This document shows positions 52,864 to 60,233 of a stretch of 64,000 nt of DNA, one piece after another; the stretch's first letter is position 1; every line of letters begins with the position of its first letter. Location of the stretch: NCBI GenBank assembly GCA_020629695.1, contig JAHDCV010000003.1:45587-109586 (forward strand), read 5' to 3'. This DNA is from Acidimicrobiales bacterium (lineage in GTDB: Bacteria; Actinomycetota; Acidimicrobiia; Acidimicrobiales; SZUA-35). The notes beneath the pieces are model-generated. The model searched no databases. It worked only from the letters and a program-made list of their open reading frames with translations, and had not been told where the DNA came from. Both the position numbers and the translations under genes were made by a program.

Positions 52864-54168
52864 TCAGGCGTCGGTGGCGAGGCGGACACCGGAGAGGTGC
52901 CAGCGGGTGTGCAGATGGAAGAAGTTGCGATACGTCAGGCGAGCGTGCCCGGGTGGGGTGAAGGCCGAACCGCCACGGAGCACGTGCTGGTTCGCCATGA
53001 ACTTGCCGTTGTATTCACCGATCGCCCCCTCGGGCGGCCGGTAGCCGGGGTACGGCCGGTAGGCGGACTCGGTCCACTGCCAGGCGGTGTCGAAGACCTG
53101 CCGGAGCGACGTCGTCTCGGTCGCGGCGCCCGGTGGATGCCAGGCGATGTCCCGATCGATCCCGGCCGCGACCGCAGCCCCATCGCTGGACTCGGCGATG
53201 GTCGTGTTCACCGCCGCCTCCCACTCGAACTCGGTCGGGAGTCGGACGCCGGCCCAGGTCGCGTATGCGTCGGCCTCGTAGAACGAGACGTGCACGACCG
53301 GTTCGTGCGGGTCGACCGGCCGGCGCCCGGTGAGGGTGTGGACCGACCAGTGGTCACCTTCGTCCCGCCAGTAGAGCGGTGCACGCCACCCTTCACCCCG
53401 ACTCTTGTACCACCCGTCCGACAGCCACAGTTCGGGCCGGTCGTAACCGTCGTCGGCGATGAACTCGAGCCACTCCCCCGCCGTCACGAGTCGGTCGGCC
53501 AGTCGGAACGGTCGCAGGAGCGCCTGGTGGAACGGACCCTCGTTGTCGAAGTGGAAGTTCGCGGTGTCGGCGACACCGATGTCGACGATGTTGCCGGCGA
53601 ACTCCAGCCACTGGAGCGGACCCGGATCGGCGGCCGCGACGTGCGACTCGCGTACGTAGGCGTCGTCGACGACGTTGCCGCTGACGACGTGCTTCGCGTC
53701 CATCAACAGCAGCTCCTGGTGCTGCTCCTCGTGGTGGGTGCCGAGTTCGATCAGCGTGGTGAGCGACGACGGATCCGCGATCGACTCGAGGAGGGCGACC
53801 ACGCGCTCGTCGACGGCAGCCCGGTAGGTGCCGATCTCGGCGGCGCTCGGGCGGGTCACGAAGCCGCGCTCGGGTCGGGGGTGCCGTTCACCGACGGCGT
53901 CGTAGTAACTGTTGAACAGATAGGCGTAGTTCGGATGGAACCACTCGAACCCCGGCTCGTGTGGCAGCAACAGGAACTGCTCGAAGAACCAGGTGATGTG
54001 GGCTCGGTGCCACTTGGTCGGGCTGACGTCCGCGATCGTCTGGACGGTCTGATCAGCCTCGGACAGCGGCGCGGCCAGCGCTTCGGTGCGTTCACGAACG
54101 GTGCGGAATCGTTCGATCAGGGCCGAACGCACGTCGGCGTCGGCGGACAGGGCGGGAGACGGAGTCAC
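52864..54168 (-). CDS. egtB: Ergothioneine sulfoxide synthase EgtB (DinB-like + FGE-like domains)
   Basis: SPTKWHRAHITWFFEQF, HHEEQHQELLL (iron His triad region), and a C-terminal FGE-sulfatase-like domain RGGSAFTPPGHARLTYRNF. Confidence 0.9.
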   Translation of the reverse strand: MTPSPALSADADVRSALIERFRTVRERTEALAAPLSEADQTVQTIADVSPTKWHRAHITWFFEQFLLLPHEPGFEWFHPNYAYLFNSYYDAVGERHPRPERGFVTRPSAAEIGTYRAAVDERVVALLESIADPSSLTTLIELGTHHEEQHQELLLMDAKHVVSGNVVDDAYVRESHVAAADPGPLQWLEFAGNIVDIGVADTANFHFDNEGPFHQALLRPFRLADRLVTAGEWLEFIADDGYDRPELWLSDGWYKSRGEGWRAPLYWRDEGDHWSVHTLTGRRPVDPHEPVVHVSFYEADAYATWAGVRLPTEFEWEAAVNTTIAESSDGAAVAAGIDRDIAWHPPGAATETTSLRQVFDTAWQWTESAYRPYPGYRPPEGAIGEYNGKFMANQHVLRGGSAFTPPGHARLTYRNFFHLHTRWHLSGVRLATDA

Positions 54169-54266
54169 ACCATCTTCAACACGGCACGACCCCGGTCATG
54201 TTCCGACAACCACCAGACAATTCGGGTGAGGTCCCGAAACGGGTGAACCGAGCCCCGGGCATGGGC

Positions 54267-54303
54267 GTGCCCGGCCGGTTGGAGGGGGCAACCGGCCGGG
54301 CAC
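54267..54303 (-). terminator. Strong GC hairpin downstream of the flotillin gene
   Basis: GTGCCCGGCCGGTTG-(7 nt)-CAACCGGCCGGGCAC is a 15-bp perfect stem, 17 nt after the stop at 54320. There is no U-tract, as in I-shaped actinobacterial terminators. Confidence 0.6.
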
Positions 54304-54319
54304 GAACGGTGACGCAGGG

Positions 54320-55666
54320 TCAGGCGTCCTCGACATCCGAGGAGGTGTCGTGGGGCGACTCGACGGGTGCGGCGTCGGCGTCGATCACCTCGACGACGTC
54401 GGCCGCGGTCACGAGGCTGGCCGAACGACCGGTGAGGGCACCGAGCATGTCGACCCCCGTGGCCGCCTCGATCTGTTCGGCCATCGAGATGACCGCCGCC
54501 GGCATCTGGCGGGCGATCGACGGAACCGCACCGTCGCCACCACCGCCGTCGATCACGGTGATCCGGTCGATGTCGATGCCTGACACCGTGTCGGTGATCT
54601 GCTCGACGAGGCCGGGCAACATGTTGAGGACGAGCACGTCCTTCGCGTCATCGCCGGCCTCCGCGTACTGCACCGCGAGCCGTCGGAAGACCTCGATCTG
54701 GGCGGCGCCGTCCTCGAGGATCGCCGCAGCCTGACCCTTGGCCTCCAGCTCCATGGCCTGCTTGCGGGCCCGGGCGGGCTCCAACACGTCGGCTTCCAAC
54801 CGACGCTTCTGGAGTTCGATCCGCTCCATCTCGAGCTTCTGCTCGGCCTCGACCCTGGCCAGCTCGGAAGCCACACCTGCCCGCTTCTCCGACGACATCG
54901 CCTCGGCCTCGAGCTCGGCCCGGCGAACCCGCAGCTTGTTCTCCTCTTCGGCGATCGCGAGGTCGGCCTGCAGCCGGGCGAGCTCTGCTCGCTGCCGCCC
55001 GGTGGCTTCGGCCTCCTCCGCCTCGGCGGTCTGGCCGGCCTCGGACTCGCGGGCCTCGCGCAGCACGTTCGCCGTCCGGCGACGACCGACGGCTTCGAGG
55101 TAGCCGACCTGATCGGTCACGTTCTGGATCTTCAGCACGTCGAGTTCGAGCCCCAGGGTCTTGATGTCGTCGTCGGCCTCGTCGATCAGCGTCTGGGCGA
55201 ACTTCAGGCGATCCTCGTTGACCTCTTCCGGTGTCAGGGTCGACAACACACCACGCAGGTTCGCCTCCAGGTTCTCCTTGGCGATCTGCTGGATGTACTC
55301 CGACGGGCGACCGAGGAAACGCTCCACGGAGTTCTCGAGCACTCCCTCGTTGCTCGACACCTTGATGTTGGCCACACCCTGCACGTCGAGCGGGATCGCC
55401 CCCTTCGAGTAGGCGTTCGTCACCGACACCTCGATCGGGATCGTGTTGAGGTCCATGTAGTCGACCTTCTCCAACAACGGGATCCGCAGCGTGCGACCCC
55501 CCTTCAGCACCCGGTAGCCCACCGAACGACCATCGGGAAGGGCCCGACTGCGACCGGAGACCACCGCCACCCGGTTGGGCGGACAGATGATGATCAGACT
55601 CTTCACCGCCGTGGCGACCGACAGCACGGCCACCACCAACAACACCGCAATGATCACGAACCACAT
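54320..55666 (-). CDS. Flotillin-like SPFH-domain protein (YqiK/FloT type)
   Basis: N-terminal TM, an SPFH domain, and a long Ala/Glu-rich flotillin coiled-coil. AGAGGAG lies upstream of ATG 55666. Confidence 0.9.
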   Translation of the reverse strand: MWFVIIAVLLVVAVLSVATAVKSLIIICPPNRVAVVSGRSRALPDGRSVGYRVLKGGRTLRIPLLEKVDYMDLNTIPIEVSVTNAYSKGAIPLDVQGVANIKVSSNEGVLENSVERFLGRPSEYIQQIAKENLEANLRGVLSTLTPEEVNEDRLKFAQTLIDEADDDIKTLGLELDVLKIQNVTDQVGYLEAVGRRRTANVLREARESEAGQTAEAEEAEATGRQRAELARLQADLAIAEEENKLRVRRAELEAEAMSSEKRAGVASELARVEAEQKLEMERIELQKRRLEADVLEPARARKQAMELEAKGQAAAILEDGAAQIEVFRRLAVQYAEAGDDAKDVLVLNMLPGLVEQITDTVSGIDIDRITVIDGGGGDGAVPSIARQMPAAVISMAEQIEAATGVDMLGALTGRSASLVTAADVVEVIDADAAPVESPHDTSSDVEDA

Positions 55667-55704
55667 GCTTGTGTCTCCTCTTTCTCCGTTGTTCCGACTT
55701 CTGG

Positions 55705-56364
55705 CTAGGTCTCGAGCTCGGCGAGCGACGCGACCAGGGCGGTCCCGTTCTCCATGGCCACGACGACGATCGGCGCGCCCCGGCCGAAGGTCTCGGTGCT
55801 GCGTTCGTCGGCGTGGCGGGCCACCAGGAACTGCGGCTGGCCGCCGAGCGAGATCCGCACCCGTCCCCGGCGTCCGGGTTCGATCGGCAGGACCACCGCA
55901 CCGGCCCGGCCGGTCAGCGTCCGTTGCGTCACGTTGGAATCGACCGAGCTGCGACGCAGCGCCGAGAAGAGGAGCGAGTTCGTGACCGCAGCCACGCCAC
56001 CGACCAGAAGCGCCGACAGCAGTGTCACGGCGGAGGCGTAGTCGAGGAGCGTGAAGATGGTCCCGGCGATGCCGAAGAAGGCCGAGCCGAACACGACCGA
56101 ACGGAACGACAACAGCCCCGCGAGTGTGTCGCCGACCATGCTCCCGCCGGCGCCGACCGCGATCGAGTCGTCACCGGGCGCGTCGATCGGCGTGCCGTCG
56201 GCGTCCAGCTCGATGCCCTCGACGTCGAGCACATCGGCATCGCCGACGTCGAGGCCGCCGGCATCCGCGTCGAGATCGCCAGCGAGCTCGCCCAGACCGC
56301 CGAAGATCATCGGTCCGGCGAAGGCCACTCCGAAGATCGTCATCGCCACGTAGAACCAGATCAC
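55705..56364 (-). CDS. NfeD/YqiJ-like membrane protein
   Basis: TM helices plus a C-terminal OB-like NfeD segment (GRAGAVVLPIEPGRRGRVRISLGGQPQFLVAR). GTG 56364 has GGAGGA 8 nt upstream; the track start 56469 would overlap padR. Confidence 0.75.
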   Translation of the reverse strand: MIWFYVAMTIFGVAFAGPMIFGGLGELAGDLDADAGGLDVGDADVLDVEGIELDADGTPIDAPGDDSIAVGAGGSMVGDTLAGLLSFRSVVFGSAFFGIAGTIFTLLDYASAVTLLSALLVGGVAAVTNSLLFSALRRSSVDSNVTQRTLTGRAGAVVLPIEPGRRGRVRISLGGQPQFLVARHADERSTETFGRGAPIVVVAMENGTALVASLAELET

Positions 56365-56440
56365 GGTCGCGCTCCTCCACTCGTTGCGTCGCTCAACGCC
56401 GCGGCCATCGATCGGGTTCCCGCCGGGGCCGACCCGAACC

Positions 56441-56779
56441 TCACGATCGGGCCAACACGGTGTCGACACCGTTGCGCACGGCGTTCCAATCGGCGGTCCA
56501 GGCGGCGAGCACGTCGCGCCCGATCTCGGTGATCTCGTAGACCTTCCGGGCCGGCCCGCTCTCGGAGGGGGTGAGGTGACCCTCGATTCGCCCTCGTGAC
56601 TCGAGCCGCTTGAGCACGAGGTAGATCGAGCCCTCGTTCGGCACCGCGAGGCCGTCGGCGTTCAGCTTCTGCACCAGGGCGTAGCCGTAGTCCGGCTCCT
56701 TGCCGATCGACGCGAGCACACACATGTCGAGCACGCCCTTGAGGATCTGTGCGTGGTGCACTTCGATGCGCGATGCCAT
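56441..56779 (-). CDS. PadR-family transcriptional regulator
   Basis: ILKGVLDMCVLASIGKEPDYGYALVQKL ... SIYLVLKRLESRGRIEG. Confidence 0.9.
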   Translation of the reverse strand: MASRIEVHHAQILKGVLDMCVLASIGKEPDYGYALVQKLNADGLAVPNEGSIYLVLKRLESRGRIEGHLTPSESGPARKVYEITEIGRDVLAAWTADWNAVRNGVDTVLARS

Positions 56780-56804
56780 GTATGCATGGTACTCATGATT
56801 GAGG

Positions 56805-56824
56805 AGTAGTCAACCACGACTACT
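56805..56824. promoter_or_regulatory. Inverted repeat AGTAGTC-AACCAC-GACTACT upstream of padR (candidate operator)
   Basis: 7-bp perfect arms, 26-45 nt upstream of the padR ATG, in a locally AT-rich stretch. Confidence 0.4.
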
Positions 56825-56865
56825 AGCTGCGGTGTGCGAACGGCCCGGTCAGCGAACGCGGACGG

Positions 56866-57774
56866 TCAGTCGGCGAGCAGCGCCCGCGCTCGACCGAACG
56901 TCTCGATCGTGCGCAAGGCGTCCGCCTGCTCCGGGTCGGCACAGCGGATGACGACGTCGTCGACACCGGCCGCAGCGAGCTTCCGGAGTTCGTCGGCGAT
57001 CTCCTCGGCGCCGCCCGAGAGCAGCGCCTCGCGCGGCATCCCGCGATAGCCGGCGGAGACGATCGCGTCGGCTCGGCGATGCGCCGTCGGCCCGTCGATG
57101 TCGGCCACGACGTCACGCCGGAGCGCGATCCGAGGTGTGCGTCCGTGCCGCTCGCAGGCCTCCCGGTACCGGTCGGCGCCAAGGCGGAGCATGTCGCCGC
57201 CCACGCCGGGGCTGGCATACCAGGCGCCCCAGCGGGCGGCGCGCTCGATCGGCTGCTCGCCCACCCCGGAGCCGATCCACCACTCGTGGCCACCGGCCGG
57301 CACCGGACGGGTCGACGCCCCGACGACGTCGAATCGCTCGGAGGTCACGGTCTCGCCCCGGAGCAGGCCGTCGATCACTTCGATCGCCGCGTCGGTCGTG
57401 GCGCCCCGCCGGGTGAGGTCGGCCCCGAACGCGCCGAACTGCGCCTCACCCGAGCCGATCCCCGTCTGCACGATGATCGGAGCGTCGAGCATCGATCCGA
57501 GGGTGCCGAGCTGTTCGGCGACGAGCACCGGCGACCACAGCGGCAGCAGGAACAGTGCGCCGGCGGGACGGGACGGATCCCACTCGGCGAGGAGTCGACC
57601 GAGCACGGGTGTGTTCTGGATGTACTGACCGTCCGGGCCTGCGTTGTGGCGGTCGCCGATGGTGAGGTGGTCCAGATCGACGTCCCGAGCGACCCTCGTG
57701 CGCTCGACCATCCAGGCGATCGCCTCACGCCCCGGACGACCGATCGACGACGACACCGAGATCCCGACTCGCAT
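56866..57774 (-). CDS. LLM-class (luciferase-like) flavin/F420-dependent oxidoreductase
   Basis: 302 aa with a TIM-barrel LLM pattern (HLTIGDRHN..., GIGSGEAQF). Confidence 0.8.
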   Translation of the reverse strand: MRVGISVSSSIGRPGREAIAWMVERTRVARDVDLDHLTIGDRHNAGPDGQYIQNTPVLGRLLAEWDPSRPAGALFLLPLWSPVLVAEQLGTLGSMLDAPIIVQTGIGSGEAQFGAFGADLTRRGATTDAAIEVIDGLLRGETVTSERFDVVGASTRPVPAGGHEWWIGSGVGEQPIERAARWGAWYASPGVGGDMLRLGADRYREACERHGRTPRIALRRDVVADIDGPTAHRRADAIVSAGYRGMPREALLSGGAEEIADELRKLAAAGVDDVVIRCADPEQADALRTIETFGRARALLAD

Positions 57775-57780
57775 GCCGAG

Positions 57781-57814
57781 GAGTCTGACACGGAGGGCCC
57801 GGCCGACCAGACTC
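57781..57814. promoter_or_regulatory. Inverted repeat GAGTCTG-(20 nt)-CAGACTC in the 45-bp divergent LLM/LLM intergenic region
   Basis: 7-bp perfect arms spanning almost the entire gap between starts 57774 (-) and 57820 (+). Confidence 0.3.
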
Positions 57815-57819
57815 TCCGC

Positions 57820-58896
57820 ATGTCCGACATCGATCGACCGTCGCTGCGCGTCGAGTCACTCATGCCCCTCGGCAAGCTCGACCCGGGCCTCCGCGAACCC
57901 GACACCCCGCTCGACATCCGCGAGGTCGGTGGACTCGCCGCCACCGCGGAATCCGTCGGTCTCGACGCCGTGCTCGTCGAGGAGACGAAGGACGACCCGT
58001 TCCAGCTGCTCGCGGTGGCTGCCGGCCCGACGGACCGGATCGGTCTCGGCACCTCGGTGGCGATGGCCTTCCCGCGGTCGCCGACGGTCACCGCCATGTC
58101 GGCGTGGTCACTCCAGAAGCTGTCGGGCGGGCGATTCATCCTCGGTCTCGGCACCCAGGTCCGAGCCCACATGACCCGTCGCTACGGCTACGACTGGCAC
58201 GCACCCGCGCCGTGGATGCGCGACACCGTCAACGCGATCCGAGCGGTGTGGAACACCTGGCAGACCGGCGAGCAGCTTGCGTTCACCTCGGACCACTTCG
58301 ACCTCGACCTGATGGTGCCGCTGTTCGACCCGGGCCCGATCGAGCACCCCGACATCCCGATCCACGTCGCCGCGATCGGGCCGAACATGTGCGGCGTCGC
58401 CGGTGAGGTCGCCGACGGCGTCCGCCTGCACCCGGTGTGCACGCCGCACTTCATCGACAGCGAGATGAAGCCTGCGGTGGCGAAGGGTGCCGCGCGATCG
58501 GATCGAGACCCCAGCACGGTCGAGTGGTGCATGAAGCCGCTCATCGGCACCGCCGCCACCGAGGCCGAGTTGGCCCGTGTTGTCGACACCGTCCGGGCAC
58601 GGACCGCGTTCTACCTGTCGACCCCCAGCTATCGCCGCACGTTCGCCGCCCACGACTGGCTCGACCTCGCCGAGCAGGCGTCGGTCCTCAGTCGACAGCA
58701 GCGATGGGACGAGCTGCCCGACCTCGTACACGACGAGATGCTGCACACCGTCGCGACGATCGGCACCCACGACCAGATCGGCGGGTTGCTGCGAGAGCGT
58801 TACGCCGGCCGGGTCGACCGGATCGAGTTCTCCATCCCCATCCGTGGTCCGGAGGACGCCGAACGGTTCCAGCAGATCCTGACCGAGGTCCGGTGA
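57820..58896 (+). CDS. LLM-class F420-dependent oxidoreductase
   Basis: ATG 57820 within track ORF 57079. RIGLGTSVAMAFPRSP ... GRFILGLGTQVRAHMTRRYG is typical of the F420-dependent LLM subgroup. Confidence 0.85.
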   Translation: MSDIDRPSLRVESLMPLGKLDPGLREPDTPLDIREVGGLAATAESVGLDAVLVEETKDDPFQLLAVAAGPTDRIGLGTSVAMAFPRSPTVTAMSAWSLQKLSGGRFILGLGTQVRAHMTRRYGYDWHAPAPWMRDTVNAIRAVWNTWQTGEQLAFTSDHFDLDLMVPLFDPGPIEHPDIPIHVAAIGPNMCGVAGEVADGVRLHPVCTPHFIDSEMKPAVAKGAARSDRDPSTVEWCMKPLIGTAATEAELARVVDTVRARTAFYLSTPSYRRTFAAHDWLDLAEQASVLSRQQRWDELPDLVHDEMLHTVATIGTHDQIGGLLRERYAGRVDRIEFSIPIRGPEDAERFQQILTEVR

Positions 58897-59579
58897 CCGA
58901 CCTCGCTCGACGCCGATCCGCCGAGGTGGCGACGGGTTCGTGGTTGTTCGTGCCGCTCGGCTCGACCGAGCAGCACGGCCCCCACCTTCCGCTCGCCACC
59001 GACACGCTCATCGCGACCGCGCTGGCCTCGGCGATGGCCGAGCGGGTCATCGAGACGGGAGCACCCGCCACGGTCGCGCCACCGCTCCCCTACGGCGCAG
59101 CCGGAGAGCACCAGTCGTTTCCCGGCACGCTCTCCATCGGCCACGACGCGCTGCAGACAGTGCTCGTCGAACTCGCGCGCTCGGCCCGCCATCACCACGA
59201 CGCCGTCGTGTTCGTGAACGGCCACGGCGGCAACCATCCGACCGTGGTCGAGGTGGCCGACCAGCTCACCGCCGAAGGCCACCGGGTGGCGATGGCCGGG
59301 CCGAGCGACCCCGCCGGCGACGCCCATGCCGGCCTCACCGAGACCTCACTCATGCTCCACCTCCACCCGGATCTCGTCGACATGCAGCGGGCGGAGCCCG
59401 GCAATCGCGAGCCGCTCAGCGCGATCCTGCCCGCCATGCGCGACGGCGGGATCGAGGTCGTGTCCCCGAACGGTGTGCTGGGCGATCCGGTCGGAGCCAC
59501 CGCCGAGCACGGTGCGCGACTCTTCCGCGAGATGATCGAGCGCGCCGCGTCGAGCATCGCCGAACAGCTCGCTCGTTGA
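58893..59579 (+). CDS. mftE: Creatininase-family protein, MftE-like (mycofactocin precursor peptidase candidate)
   Basis: GTG 58893 (GTGA overlap with the LLM stop). LFVPLGSTEQHGPHLPLATDT, YGAAGEHQSFPGTLSI, FVNGHGGN, DAHAGLTETS and SPNGVLGDP. Confidence 0.78.
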   Translation: MTDLARRRSAEVATGSWLFVPLGSTEQHGPHLPLATDTLIATALASAMAERVIETGAPATVAPPLPYGAAGEHQSFPGTLSIGHDALQTVLVELARSARHHHDAVVFVNGHGGNHPTVVEVADQLTAEGHRVAMAGPSDPAGDAHAGLTETSLMLHLHPDLVDMQRAEPGNREPLSAILPAMRDGGIEVVSPNGVLGDPVGATAEHGARLFREMIERAASSIAEQLAR

Positions 59580-59649
59580 CCGACACCACCGGAACCTGCC
59601 CGTGGGTGGGCGCCCGGACCACGCGTCGCTGCCGTGCCACGATCTGCCC

Positions 59650-60207
59650 ATGTGGTCACGGTGGATTGCAGCGACATCGGTGCTCTTCCTGACCGGTTGT
59701 GCCTCCTCGTCGCCGGGCGCCATCAGCGGATCGACGACCGAAGCCCCGACGGCGGCGCTCGAGACGACGATCGATGTCACCGAGCTCCTCGACACCGTCG
59801 TGCTGCCCACCACCGCCCACGGCGACGGCGAGTGGATCTGGCCCGAGCGTGCGGACGCGCACGCGCTCCTCGCCGAGTTCCTCGGCCACATCGAACGCGG
59901 CGACTTCGAAGCTGCGGCCGGCCTCCTGCTCCGGCCGCTCGAGGCCGACCCGGCTGACCATGACGGCATCGGCCGCCTGGCCCCCGAGTCGTTCGACACC
60001 GCCGGTGTCGGCGACGCACTCCGGAGATGGTGTTCCGAGGGCTGCGACACCACCGTGCCGCCCATGCACGAGCTCACCCTCACCGAGACCGGAGGTGACG
60101 ACACGCGACCGGCCTTCTGGGGCATCGGCACCGGCTCCGAACGCATCCAAGCGGTGAGCTGGGAAGGAGTCACCGGCATCGACGGCCTGCCACGACGGGG
60201 CTCCTGA
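59650..60207 (+). CDS. Lipoprotein, unknown function
   Basis: ATG 59650. Signal peptide plus lipobox VLFLTG-C. Confidence 0.65.
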   Translation: MWSRWIAATSVLFLTGCASSSPGAISGSTTEAPTAALETTIDVTELLDTVVLPTTAHGDGEWIWPERADAHALLAEFLGHIERGDFEAAAGLLLRPLEADPADHDGIGRLAPESFDTAGVGDALRRWCSEGCDTTVPPMHELTLTETGGDDTRPAFWGIGTGSERIQAVSWEGVTGIDGLPRRGS

Positions 60208-60233
60208 CGACGTCCCGCTCTAGCATCGCGGTC

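Noticed and set aside
52864-54168. The FGE-like domain of EgtB, considered as the maturase for the nearby Cys-type sulfatase
   Set aside because: The EgtB C-terminal domain shares the FGE fold but catalyses C-S bond formation on hercynine. There is no basis for formylglycine-generating activity.
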